Below, piece by piece: positions 10,651 through 20,671 of a DNA stretch of 64,000 nucleotides. The notes beneath the pieces are model-generated. The model did no database searches and was not told where the DNA came from. It saw only the letters and a program-made list of their open reading frames with translations. Each line of letters opens with the position of its first letter. Positions within the stretch are counted from its first letter, which is position 1. The stretch is from Treponemataceae bacterium. Its GTDB lineage: Bacteria > Spirochaetota > Spirochaetia > Treponematales > Rectinemataceae. The stretch is from assembly GCA_963677895.2 (NCBI GenBank), contig CAXXGJ010000006.1, positions 64,001 to 128,000 of the forward strand. The letters run 5' to 3'. The position numbers and the translations under genes are program-made.

Positions 10651-12268
10651 GAGATTATAGGCTACAAACAGGGCATTTCATGCTATACTGTCCTGCATGG
10701 TGACCGTGCTTGAAAACCTTCCTAATGATGTTGCCAGCCTCAAAAATATTATCGCCGAACAAGCTACCGCCATTAAGGGATTTCAAGAAAAGCTGCTTAC
10801 CGAGCAAGAGAAATACGCGGCACTGCAGCGCCTGGTATTCGGTTCCAAGAGCGAAAAGCACCAGAAAGAGAATCCCAAGCAGGATCTCCTGTTCAACGAA
10901 GCTGAAACTTTCTTCGATGTTCCCGACCGAAAGCCTGCCACGATAACGGTCGGCCAGCATGAGCGCAAGAAGGCGGGAAGGAAGCCCTTTCCGGACACGC
11001 TTGAGCGCAATGAAATCGTCCATGCCTTGAGCGACGAAGAGCGAGCCTGCCCTTCCTGTGGGGCATTGCGGCCGGAAATCGGCGAAGAGCGCAAGGAAGA
11101 ACTAAAGCTCATTCCCGCCAAGGCAGTGATCGACGTCCACGTCATGAGGAAATATGGGTCTTGCCCCTGTAAAGAGTGCCAGGGCACCGAAACAGCGCCG
11201 ATTATCCAAGCGCCGGGGAACGCGAAGATCGTCCCTGGTTCCAGATTCTCGAATGGAACGATCGCCTTCTTCCTTACGAGCAAGTTTGTTGACGCGCAGC
11301 CCTTCTACCGCATGGAAGAGATTCTGGCCCGCCGGGGCGTGAATACTGGGCATTCAACCTTATGTTCGCTTGCCATGAACGCAGGGCGCGCGGTGGGAGA
11401 CTTAGTCCAAGCGATCCGTGATGATTTAAAGACGTCGCCCGTGATCGGGATGGATGAAACGCCGGTACAGGTCCTGCACGAAAAGAATCGAAGCGCTACG
11501 GCAAAGTCGAATATGTGGGTGGCGTCTGGATTCAGGGAAGGAAAGAAACTCCTCTTCTTTCACTACCGCCCGACACTATCGGGAAGCGTTGCGACAGAAT
11601 TCCTGAAAGGTTACTCAGGCTATCTTCAAACCGATGGCTATTCAGGCTATTCGCAGGTAGGAGAAGCTCCAGGGATTATCCATGTTGATTGCATGGCACA
11701 TATCCGAAGGAAGTTCTTTGATGCTGACAAGGTTTCTGGCGGCTCAGGGGACGCTCTCGAGTTCCTCTCGATGATTTCCGCTCTCTACCATACCGAGACG
11801 CTCCTACGGCAACGGTATGAAAACAAAGAACACGATGAAGGTTCATTTATTGCTGAACGAAAACGGCTTCAGGAACCACAACTTGCGGCAATGCATGAAT
11901 GGCTCACTTTACGAAGCCAGAGCGTGACGCCCTCGAGTAGTCTTGGGAAAGCGGTTTCCTATGCCTTAGGGCAATGGGATCAGGTTGTGTGCTACCTTGA
12001 GCATGTGCTTTTAGCGCCTGACAACAATGCGGTCGAGAATGCGATTCGGCCTTTTGTCCTTGGCAGGAAGAACTGGCTCTTTTCGAACACGTCGGCAGGA
12101 GCTCACACGAGCGCAGGGCTCTACAGCCTCATTGAGACGGCGAAGGCCAATGGCCACGAGCCTTATAAATATCTTTGCTACGTGTTTGAAATGTATACTG
12201 AGCCCATCGGGTAGGACCACTACAGAAACTGAATAAGGTGGAATATCCTAGGAAAAGGAGCGTCCACC

Positions 12269-12571
12269 ATGAGGAAGAAGTTCGACGAGCAGTTCAAGGC
12301 AATGGTAGCCCTCGAGGCAGTAAAAGAGGAGCTTACGCTCCAGGAGTTAGCCGAAAAGTACCAAGTCCATCCGAATCAGATCAGCGTCTGGAAGAAGAAG
12401 CTCTTGGAACAGTCCTCGGCGCTCTTTGAACGAAAGAACAAGAAGGACGAGGAATACAACCAGCTCAAGAAGGAGAAGGAAGAACTCTTCCGCCAGCTAG
12501 GGCAAATGCAGTACGAGAACGAGTGGCTAAAAAAAAAGTACAAACAGCTGTACGGCAAAGATCCAGGCTGA
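12269..12571 (+). CDS. IS3 transposase OrfA (HTH)
   Basis: RKKF..QFKA.VALEA, ELAEKYQVHPNQI..WKK; RBS aggag; A9G slippery site at 12529-12538. Confidence 0.9.
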   Translation: MRKKFDEQFKAMVALEAVKEELTLQELAEKYQVHPNQISVWKKKLLEQSSALFERKNKKDEEYNQLKKEKEELFRQLGQMQYENEWLKKKYKQLYGKDPG

Positions 12572-13404
12572 TCGAACCAAAGGAGCCCGTCTTGTCAGTG
12601 CGACGTCAGTGTGAGCTGCTCAAGGTCCAAAGGAGTTGCGTCTATTATCGCTCTAAGCCTACTCAAGACTTGAACCATGAGCGACATAAAGCGCTTATCC
12701 TCGCTATAAACGGGAAGTTGCCCTTCTATGGCTATCGAAAGATCACGCTGGAACTGCAGTCAAAGAAAAGTGAGCTCAGCCAAAAGCAGGTTCGCAGGCT
12801 CATGCATTCAATGCATCTTAAGGCGTTGCATGCCAAGAAAATGACCAGCATGAAGCATCCTGAGAATCCTATTTATCCGTACCTACTGAAGAATATCGTT
12901 GTACGATATCCCAACCAGGTCTGGATCTCTGACCTGACATACATCAAGCTTCCTGGCCTTGGGTATGTATACCTCGTCGCCATCATGGATCTCTATAGCC
13001 GCAAGGTGCTGTCTTGGAGGCTTTCCAACAGCATGGACTCATTATTCTGCGAAGAAGCCTTGAAAGAGGCCATAACGCGCTATGGTGCCCCTTCTATATT
13101 CAATACCGACCAAGGGAGCCAGTTTACTTCGAATTCGTTTACCCAGATTCTGCAGGATCATTGGATCAGGATCAGCATGGACGACCGAGGCCGCTGGCGG
13201 GACAACGTACACATTGAACGGCTCTGGAGAACCGTCAAGTATGAGGACATCTACCTCCAGAGTTACGAAAATCTAAGGGCATTAAAACGAGGGTTGGCCT
13301 TGTATTTCGATTTCTATAATCGGTACCGGTTTCATCAGAACCTGGACTACGAGACGCCCGATCAGCGCTATCGTTCGTTTCAGGCGAAGGATTTGGCGGC
13401 GTGA
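12523..13404 (+). CDS. IS3 transposase OrfB (DDE/rve), probably expressed by -1 frameshift
   Basis: YGYRKI, PNQVW.SDLTYI, DLYSR, FNTDQGSQFTS, DN..IERLWRTVKYE; -1 frame overlap at the A-run. Confidence 0.92.
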   Translation: MAKKKVQTAVRQRSRLIEPKEPVLSVRRQCELLKVQRSCVYYRSKPTQDLNHERHKALILAINGKLPFYGYRKITLELQSKKSELSQKQVRRLMHSMHLKALHAKKMTSMKHPENPIYPYLLKNIVVRYPNQVWISDLTYIKLPGLGYVYLVAIMDLYSRKVLSWRLSNSMDSLFCEEALKEAITRYGAPSIFNTDQGSQFTSNSFTQILQDHWIRISMDDRGRWRDNVHIERLWRTVKYEDIYLQSYENLRALKRGLALYFDFYNRYRFHQNLDYETPDQRYRSFQAKDLAA

Positions 13405-13599
13405 ATCACCACCGTATTCGTTAGCTGTTTTTAGTCTTGATCTGAGGGCCCAGCATAATCCTTCCGAAAGCAAAGACACTTGAAGAGGAGCTTTCGCTTC
13501 TTCCCTACCGGCTTGGTCCTTCTGATTACTAGGCTTTCGTCAAGACGGGGAGAATTGAACGCTTACGTTCTCTATCTTTCTATTCGCACTTCAAAATTG

Positions 13600-13660
13600 A
13601 ATCCGGAGTAAAAATATTTGATCAGATGAATCTCGCGTAGCCGGTAACAAATACTTTCAA
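13600..13660 (-). pseudogene. N-terminal relic of an NAD-dependent epimerase/dehydratase (rmlB-like)
   Basis: TTG at 13660 reads MKVFVTGYARFI*SN, a decayed K.LVTG.AGFIGSN Rossmann motif, directly downstream of rmlA. Confidence 0.5.
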
Positions 13661-13674
13661 TAAAGTTGCTTTTT

Positions 13675-14559
13675 CTAATACTTCAATGTTCCATTAGCCA
13701 CTTTGCGAAGGTGTTCTCCATATAGAGACTTGCCGTATTTTTCTGCTGATTTCATAAGTTCATCTGTTGAAATCCACCCTTTGCGAAATGCAATTTCCTC
13801 AGGTGCAGATATTTTCACTCCTTGACGTTTCTCAATCATCTGAATAAATGATGTTGCTTCAAACAGGCTGTCCATTGTTCCAGTATCCAACCAAGCGAAA
13901 CCGCGCCCCAGAATCTGCCCCTTAAGTCTCCCTTCTTTTAGGTACATTTCATTGAGGGCTGTAATCTCTAGCTCGCCACGAGCAGAATGCTTAACATTTT
14001 TAGCTTTTATCGATACTTTCCTTGGGTAAAAATACAATCCAGTAATACAATAATTACTCTTCGGATTCTTCGGTTTCTCTTCAACTGAAAGAATATTCAA
14101 ATCTTCATCAAACTCCATGATACCGAACCGACCTGGATCATTTACATAATAGCCAAAGATAGTTGCATAGCCTTCTTCAGCATTCTTGACCGAATCATTG
14201 AGAAACTCTGAAAGACCACCTCCATAGAAAATGTTGTCACCAAGAATCATAGAGCAGCACTCATCACCAATAAACTCCTCTCCAAGAATAAATGCCTGAG
14301 CGAGTCCATCTGGGGATGGCTGCTCCTTATAAGAAAGCCTAATACCAAACTGATTTCCATTACCAAGTAGTTTCTTAAAGTTTGGAAGGTCCTGCGGGGT
14401 TGAAATCACAAGGATGTCCTTGATCCCAGATAGCATTAGAGTAGAGAGCGGATAGTAAATCATCGGTTTATCATAAACAGGTAATAGCTGCTTGCTTGTC
14501 ACCATGGTCAATGGATAAAGGCGAGTCCCAGCCCCACCTGCGAGAATAATGCCCTTCAT
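13675..14559 (-). CDS. rfbA: Glucose-1-phosphate thymidylyltransferase
   Basis: [58 protein letters not shown]. Confidence 0.97.
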   Translation of the reverse strand: MKGIILAGGAGTRLYPLTMVTSKQLLPVYDKPMIYYPLSTLMLSGIKDILVISTPQDLPNFKKLLGNGNQFGIRLSYKEQPSPDGLAQAFILGEEFIGDECCSMILGDNIFYGGGLSEFLNDSVKNAEEGYATIFGYYVNDPGRFGIMEFDEDLNILSVEEKPKNPKSNYCITGLYFYPRKVSIKAKNVKHSARGELEITALNEMYLKEGRLKGQILGRGFAWLDTGTMDSLFEATSFIQMIEKRQGVKISAPEEIAFRKGWISTDELMKSAEKYGKSLYGEHLRKVANGTLKY

Positions 14560-14583
14560 CTCGTTTTACCTCTTTTAAAATCA

Positions 14584-15510
14584 CTAGTTCTTTCTTATAA
14601 TGTATTCCTTGAATTCTTGGTAATCATGAATATAGTCGTCAGCCCTGTAGTAGTCAGACGCAGCGACACAAAGAACAGAATCCTTTTGCAGCCACAACAT
14701 TTCTCTCCAGGTTGGCTTTTCAATTACTATACCTATTGAAGGATCGGAAAGCGTTATCTCTTCTCTTTTGCTTTCGTTCTCCAAAAATAGCTGAATCTTG
14801 CCATAAGGGCAGAATAATATCTGCTTAAGTTCCTTATGTGCATGAAACCCTCTTTTCACACCACTAGGAACTTTAGAAATGTAATAAAACCTCTTTATTT
14901 CGAAAGTAACTTCGTGATTTGCCTCAAAAAATGAAAGTTCACCAGTATTTATTGTAGATATAGTTTTTATACGAATCACTTTACATCCAGCAATAGAATC
15001 TCTAGTGTATAAATTGTCTCCCTTAAGTACGGAATACCACTTTAAGTTATCGATTCCGGAATACCTTTGTAGTATTTCATCAGGAATTTCAAAAACTTCA
15101 TGAAAATTATGTTTATCGTAAAACCTAACTGCTCTAGCATTTTTCTTCGATACACACCAGTATACACATTCAAGTCCTAACTCATTAAATGCCTTTTGGA
15201 TAATTGATTCCATTCCAAACCATGAATAGCCGTAGCCCATCGACAGCTTTCGAACAGTAATAGCAAACTCTGCAATTCCTTGCTCTCTATCAATGTTCTT
15301 CAGACTTACGGTACCCATGTAATCATCCGTATCTGATGCAATGGCTAAGTTTAAATTTTTAGAAGTATCTTGGCTAATTCTGATGAAATCTTCAGCGTCA
15401 GCCAAAGTTTTAGAAGCAAAATCAGCATGTAAATCATGAACAACACTATCATCATGCATCCACTCAAGCATCAATGGTGCATCATCAAATTTTAATTTTC
15501 TTAAATGCAT
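14584..15510 (-). CDS. GNAT N-acyltransferase fused to FdtA/QdtA-type sugar 3,4-ketoisomerase
   Basis: N-terminal RimJ-like GNAT (N.RA.RFY.K..F); C-terminal cupin GELSFFE, F.IKR.YYI, RGFHAHKELKQ, WREM, ASDYY..DDYI. Confidence 0.85.
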   Translation of the reverse strand: MHLRKLKFDDAPLMLEWMHDDSVVHDLHADFASKTLADAEDFIRISQDTSKNLNLAIASDTDDYMGTVSLKNIDREQGIAEFAITVRKLSMGYGYSWFGMESIIQKAFNELGLECVYWCVSKKNARAVRFYDKHNFHEVFEIPDEILQRYSGIDNLKWYSVLKGDNLYTRDSIAGCKVIRIKTISTINTGELSFFEANHEVTFEIKRFYYISKVPSGVKRGFHAHKELKQILFCPYGKIQLFLENESKREEITLSDPSIGIVIEKPTWREMLWLQKDSVLCVAASDYYRADDYIHDYQEFKEYIIRKN

Positions 15511-15516
15511 ATCATT

Positions 15517-16614
15517 TTACCCATTAAACTTATTTATCATATCGATTATGTAATTGACCTCTTCATCTGTCAGACCAACATATATGGGAAGACTCAACTC
15601 TTCAGCAGCAAATTGCTCTGATTGAGGAATTTCGCCTCTTTTATAGCCCAGTCCTTTATAACATTCAGCTAAATGGCACGGTATAGGATAGTGTATCTGC
15701 GTATGAATACCCTTTTCCGAAAGATAATTGTAGAGATTATCTCTCATTGTGCAACGAATCGCAAATACGTGATATACATGTTCACAACCGAAGCGCAATT
15801 CCGGTAGAAATATCTTGGGGTTTTTGATTCCTTCGAGATACTTCTTTGCGATAATTCTTCTCTCTTCGTTGCCTTCATTAACATGTCTCAAATTAACACC
15901 AAGGATTGCAGCTTGAATCTCGTCCAATCGGCTGTTGATTCCAAGAAGTTCATGCTTGTACTTAATACTACTTCCGTAGTTGCCTAACATACGTACTCTA
16001 TTAGCCACTTCATCTTTATCTGTGATTACTGCTCCTGCATCACCAAATGCGCCAATGGGCTTCGTCGGGTAATAACTAAAACAACCTATATCACCAATGG
16101 TACCAGCCTTTTTCCCTTTATATGTTGCACCATGAGCCTGTGCACAGTCTTCAAGAACATATAGATTATTATTCTGTGCAACCTCAATAATTTTATCCAT
16201 GTCACACATTTGTCCATACAGATGAACCGCCATTATTGCTTTAGTTTTAGGCGTAACAGCTCTTTCAATTAATGCAACATCAATACCAAAATATTTATCA
16301 GCATCTACAAATACAGGAACCGCACCATTTTCCGTAACTGCCAAAGCGGAAGCAATAAAAGTATTTGTCTGAACAATTACTTCATCGCCCTTTCCAATAC
16401 CAAGCGCAGTTAAAGCAAGCCGAAGCGCATCTAGTCCGTTTCCAACACCAACACAATTTTTTACACATTGGTATGCGGAGAAATCTGCTTCAAAATGTTC
16501 AAGCTCTTTACCTAAAATATACCAACCCGAACGAAGCACTCTGAGCGCAGCTTCTTCATATTCGTTCTGATACTTATGGTATTGACGACATAACTCAGCA
16601 AAATTAATGTTCAC
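15517..16614 (-). CDS. FdtB/QdtB-like dTDP-3-amino-3,6-dideoxyhexose aminotransferase (DegT family)
   Basis: SGWYILG, VGNGLDAL, EDCAQAHGA, SYYPTKPIGAFGDAG, NSRLDEIQAA, IHYPIP; likely GTG start at 16614. Confidence 0.88.
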   Translation of the reverse strand: MNINFAELCRQYHKYQNEYEEAALRVLRSGWYILGKELEHFEADFSAYQCVKNCVGVGNGLDALRLALTALGIGKGDEVIVQTNTFIASALAVTENGAVPVFVDADKYFGIDVALIERAVTPKTKAIMAVHLYGQMCDMDKIIEVAQNNNLYVLEDCAQAHGATYKGKKAGTIGDIGCFSYYPTKPIGAFGDAGAVITDKDEVANRVRMLGNYGSSIKYKHELLGINSRLDEIQAAILGVNLRHVNEGNEERRIIAKKYLEGIKNPKIFLPELRFGCEHVYHVFAIRCTMRDNLYNYLSEKGIHTQIHYPIPCHLAECYKGLGYKRGEIPQSEQFAAEELSLPIYVGLTDEEVNYIIDMINKFNG

Positions 16615-16631
16615 GGCTTTATTTCCTTTTA

Positions 16632-17855
16632 TTATTTCTTTTGATAGCATATAATGTTATGCAAATAATTGTCAGCGACCTCTTTTTCAGAAAAATGAAC
16701 AGCAAGATTAATTGCACTCTGCCCCATCGCATTCCTCTCGCCTACTGTCATGTCCTCAATTCTTTGATATATGCTTTCAAGCATTTCGGCGTCACCGGGA
16801 TTACATATAAAACCATTGACCCCATCCTGAATTATTCCATCGAAACCGCTTCCTCTAGAGGCAATTACAATACATCCTTGTAACATAGCTTCGATATATA
16901 CAATACCATAAGTTTCGCCTTCACTAATGAGCGTAAAAATCTGTGCTTCTTTCATCTTTTTAAGCACGCTCACTCTTGGTATTCTCCCAGCAAATGTTAC
17001 TATTTTATCTGCTTTGATTTTTGTCACCAACGCCTTTAATTTTTCTTCTTCCGGTCCACCACCTATAACTTCAAGCGTTGAGCCTAGTGTCCCTCTTTTA
17101 ATAAACGCCTTGATTGTTGATTCTAAGTGTTTTCTAGCTATCAAACTACCAACAAAAATATGCTTTATACCGCTATCAAAGTATTGTTTGCTACATTGTA
17201 TTTCCGCTGCCTCTACAGCGTCGTTAGGCACTCCGGAATAACAAAGGAATGGTTCTTTATCCAAGTTCAAAAGAAGTTTAACACTTTTAGCTTCAATAAC
17301 TGAGCGAACGCCAACAGCTCCTATCTCTTTAATGCAGTTATCAATACGATATTTTTTTATATTTCTTTTAGTGCAATCATGGTGAAAAACGATTGATGAC
17401 TTTGCATTAGGATATTGTTTTGCTATTATCGCGACAAGTTCTGCACTGGGATTAGCGAAATGACCAACAATTAAATCAGGAATGAATTTTTCTGCTTTTA
17501 TCAGCTTTTCTATGTTTTTTACTTGCATCTCCATTTTACGTTTAGAGTAACCCATCCCCGGAAAAAATTTCAGCATTGGAAGTCTATAAACCGTTATTCC
17601 AAATTCTTCACGCTTTAGTCTTTTTCGAGAAGCAAGTGAAGGTATTATGTTTGAAGAGCTACCACCCAATATATTTTTTATCCGTGTAGGTATAAAATAG
17701 AAAACAAGTGGAAATTTGCTTGGGCAATGCATAACAACAACTTTATGCCCTTCGTTTTCCCACACTTTTGCAAAATACTCAACTGTACGAGTTGGTTTAT
17801 TGTCACCAATATCATCAAGCTGCGGGTATAATTGTGTAATGACTAGTATGTTCAT
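16632..17855 (-). CDS. Glycosyltransferase family 4 (GT-B)
   Basis: VGSLIARKH, ETYGIVYIEAM (E-X7-E). Confidence 0.88.
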   Translation of the reverse strand: MNILVITQLYPQLDDIGDNKPTRTVEYFAKVWENEGHKVVVMHCPSKFPLVFYFIPTRIKNILGGSSSNIIPSLASRKRLKREEFGITVYRLPMLKFFPGMGYSKRKMEMQVKNIEKLIKAEKFIPDLIVGHFANPSAELVAIIAKQYPNAKSSIVFHHDCTKRNIKKYRIDNCIKEIGAVGVRSVIEAKSVKLLLNLDKEPFLCYSGVPNDAVEAAEIQCSKQYFDSGIKHIFVGSLIARKHLESTIKAFIKRGTLGSTLEVIGGGPEEEKLKALVTKIKADKIVTFAGRIPRVSVLKKMKEAQIFTLISEGETYGIVYIEAMLQGCIVIASRGSGFDGIIQDGVNGFICNPGDAEMLESIYQRIEDMTVGERNAMGQSAINLAVHFSEKEVADNYLHNIICYQKK

Positions 17856-19135
17856 AGCAGCTTTGTTCCTTTCTCGTTACTTTTGATGAAATCAAATACT
17901 TCACAAAGCCTATCAACCAATCCTGGTTGATCATATGCTTCAGCAACTCTCCGACTGTTATACCCCATCTCTTCTAACTGTTCTTTTTTAAAGCCATAGA
18001 ACTCTTGAATTGTATCCGCAAAAGCCTTAGCAGATTGATTTTCGGTAATAAGCCCACAATTGAACTTAGCAACAAGATTGTACCTCATTTTCATATTACA
18101 GATTATTGGCCTTCCGCTTGCAAGATAATCAAACAGCTTGCTTTGGCTGCCCCCATATTTCATTAAGCTAACTTGCTTATATGTGAATATATTAATTTTA
18201 GCACTAGACAAAATATACGGTATCTTAGCCTTTTCAATTCTCCCATAAAACTTTACATTTTCAATTCCGTTGTCATTAACATATTTTTCAAGCTTTTTCT
18301 GATCAGAACCATTTCCGTATATATGAATAGCTATATCATCGATTCCTCGATTTACTAACTCTTTTCCAGCATCACAAATCTGCCTAACTTGATTTGCATG
18401 ACGAACAGAACCACAATAAACAATATTAAATTTGTTCATATCCCAAGGAAGTAAATCTTTATACTGAACTATATTTTTATCAAATTCCTCCATATCGCAA
18501 CCCATATTTATATTATAGACCTTACGATAATCAATTTTTTTTGAATACTTTTGTTCTCGAAGGTACTGTTCACCTCCCTCTATAGAAAATATTAGGGCAT
18601 CACTTTTTAAATACGCCATTTTTTCAAGCGCATAAAGTATTGTAACAATTGGATTTCTCTTTGAAAAATTTGCATACTCAATAATGCTAGCTGGCCATAA
18701 GTCGACTGTATCAGTAATAATTGGCCTGTGTTGAAAAAAAAGCTTCACGAATGGAAATGTATAGGCTTCACAGGTAATGACAACATCTGCTTTTGGTAAT
18801 ATCTTAGTTTTCTTTGAAAGACCAAGACAAAAGCTCATCATGTTCCAAATTCTTTGCGTTCTATTCCCTCTGTATTTCGGAGTCTTAACATAAAGATAAT
18901 TAATACCATCACAAATACTTTCGCTTGAACCCAATAAATCAATGATATCTATATCTGTATTATGAACGGTACTCGCTGCGACTATTACAACTTTATAACC
19001 TCTCTTTACAAGTTGTTTCCCCCAATTATGGTAGCGTAACATTGTGTTGTAAGGTGGTTGCTGTGCATAATGACAGACAATCAATATAAAATTAATTTTA
19101 TTCTTTTCATTAAAATTACTTTTAATCATATACAT
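17852..19135 (-). CDS. Glycosyltransferase family 4 (WbuB-like)
   Basis: DLWPAS, YCGS, SKLFDYLASGRPII. Confidence 0.88.
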   Translation of the reverse strand: MYMIKSNFNEKNKINFILIVCHYAQQPPYNTMLRYHNWGKQLVKRGYKVVIVAASTVHNTDIDIIDLLGSSESICDGINYLYVKTPKYRGNRTQRIWNMMSFCLGLSKKTKILPKADVVITCEAYTFPFVKLFFQHRPIITDTVDLWPASIIEYANFSKRNPIVTILYALEKMAYLKSDALIFSIEGGEQYLREQKYSKKIDYRKVYNINMGCDMEEFDKNIVQYKDLLPWDMNKFNIVYCGSVRHANQVRQICDAGKELVNRGIDDIAIHIYGNGSDQKKLEKYVNDNGIENVKFYGRIEKAKIPYILSSAKINIFTYKQVSLMKYGGSQSKLFDYLASGRPIICNMKMRYNLVAKFNCGLITENQSAKAFADTIQEFYGFKKEQLEEMGYNSRRVAEAYDQPGLVDRLCEVFDFIKSNEKGTKLL

Positions 19136-19144
19136 TGCTTCCAA

Positions 19145-19756
19145 TTAATGGGGTTTATACCGATACTCATTCAATTTTCGGCCCTCGTGAGTTGTGAATT
19201 CTCGTTCTAATAAAAAACCATTTTTTTGATAAAAAAAATTTACAGCATCATTATTTATAGCATCCGTCTCAAGGGTTATATAAGCATATTTTTCAAAATC
19301 AACTTTATCTATTAGTGCCTTTATTAACATTGAGCCGATTCCGTGCGATTTTTCTTGTAAATCAACGCCTATTGATGCAAGCTCCACATATGCCTTGTTT
19401 CGCTTCGACTCACTAGGTTTCAGGAAAGCACGTATCAAACGCATGAACACTTTTGGTTTTCTAAAAAAAGCTATGAGACTGTACCAAGTAAATGGAATAA
19501 GTCTCTTCCTTATCATGTATTTGTAAAGACTACTCAGATTGCTAGAATATGCTAGAAAGCCGATCGGTTTGCCGTAATTAAATGCCACTAAAAGTCCAGA
19601 ATTATTTTCTTCACAATAAGATTGGTACATCTGGCGCAAGAAGCCTTGTCCCATCGATGTGAGGAAGAATCCTTGAAATGTAGCTAAATGGATTGAAACA
19701 ATTTGATTAATGATATTTTTTTCAGCTTCTCCTACTATTCTTATTTGTGTACTCAT
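19145..19756 (-). CDS. GNAT family N-acetyltransferase
   Basis: ELASIGVD....HGIGS.L, N..VNFFYQKNGF; RBS gagga before ATG 19756. Confidence 0.85.
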   Translation of the reverse strand: MSTQIRIVGEAEKNIINQIVSIHLATFQGFFLTSMGQGFLRQMYQSYCEENNSGLLVAFNYGKPIGFLAYSSNLSSLYKYMIRKRLIPFTWYSLIAFFRKPKVFMRLIRAFLKPSESKRNKAYVELASIGVDLQEKSHGIGSMLIKALIDKVDFEKYAYITLETDAINNDAVNFFYQKNGFLLEREFTTHEGRKLNEYRYKPH

Positions 19757-19932
19757 AATTCCTCTCATCTGAGACAACCGTGTACCGTTGCATAAAGGCC
19801 TTAATTTAGCCTAAAATAATATATAAACTAAAGCATTTATCTTTGAATACAATTTTTGCGTTATGCAGTAACTCCTCATTTTTAGTTACATCAAATGTTT
19901 TTGCATGATATCGATGCGAGGCTTTGTGCTAT

Positions 19933-20667
19933 TTATTTATTAAAAAACTTCTGGGCTTCTAAGTAGCTATCTAGGGAACCAATATCGTGCCGTTTGCCGG
20001 CGAATCTGTAAGCATAGATCGGTTTTCTTTTTATAAGCCATCCTACGAACTGGCCAGGAGCGTCAGAGTTGTTGCCTTCTTCTACGTAGGTATGGATCAG
20101 GTGGAGGGTCTCCTTTTTATAAATGTAGAATGGAGGAACTGCATAATCGGATTTAGGTGCTTTCGGTTTTTCCTCGAAGGAAAGGACTTTACCTTGGTCG
20201 TCAATCTCCGCTACACCCGTCTTTTGGAGCGATTCAATTCGCTCTTCCTTGTGGGTAGTGATGCAATCGGCTTGTACTAAATTAAAAAATGCAGCGAAGT
20301 CGGCCAGAGAGAAATCGAAGAGGTTGTCGCCCGCGAGCACCATGAGATCTTCGTCTATCGCATTTTGGTGGATAGCTAGGGACATGTCGCCAATGGCACC
20401 GAGACGGGTTTCGTTATCACAGGTGCCGTCGTTGATTATAGAGATCCTGCTATCCTGTCCAATTTCTTTTATATATTCCGAAAACTGCTCAGAAAAGCGG
20501 GCATTCGATACCAGAATAGTCTCGTTGATCTCCTTAACCTTGTCGATCTTTTCCAACAGACGCTCAAGAATGGTCTTCCCTCCTACAGGAAGGAGGCTTT
20601 TAGGTTTATCCTTGGTGAGGGGATAGAGCCTGGTGGCATAACCAGCGACAAGAATCACGCATTTCAT
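19933..20667 (-). CDS. Sugar-1-phosphate nucleotidyltransferase (candidate GalA-1-P uridylyltransferase)
   Basis: LVAGYATRLYPLT...PKSLLPV, AGDNLF, FEEKP, DAPG, R.DIG. Confidence 0.85.
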   Translation of the reverse strand: MKCVILVAGYATRLYPLTKDKPKSLLPVGGKTILERLLEKIDKVKEINETILVSNARFSEQFSEYIKEIGQDSRISIINDGTCDNETRLGAIGDMSLAIHQNAIDEDLMVLAGDNLFDFSLADFAAFFNLVQADCITTHKEERIESLQKTGVAEIDDQGKVLSFEEKPKAPKSDYAVPPFYIYKKETLHLIHTYVEEGNNSDAPGQFVGWLIKRKPIYAYRFAGKRHDIGSLDSYLEAQKFFNK

Positions 20668-20671
20668 CGCT

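Larger units (their letters stand above)
12194..13457 (+). mobile_element. IS3-family insertion sequence
   Basis: Imperfect IRs tatactgagccc...ggacca / reverse complement tatgctgggccc...agacta; flanked by a near 3-bp duplication ATG (12191-3) / ATC (13458-60). Confidence 0.85.
10697..13532 (+). pseudogene. tnpC: IS66 transposase TnpC interrupted near its C-terminus by IS3 (main ORF 10697-12214; displaced tail 13461-13532)
   Basis: FG.KSE, CPSCG zinc finger, DETPVQVL, LQTDGYSGY, CMAHIRRKF, DNNAVENAIRP, YSLIETAK; the tail LPKAKTLEEELSLLPYRLGPSDY* resumes after the IS3. Confidence 0.9.
10231..13566 (+). mobile_element. IS66-family element containing a nested IS3-family element
   Basis: IRL gtaagcgtccaattttccccatgttg (10231) versus reverse complement of IRR gtaagcgttcaattctccccgtcttg (ends 13566); encodes TnpB and TnpC. 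Confidence 0.92.
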
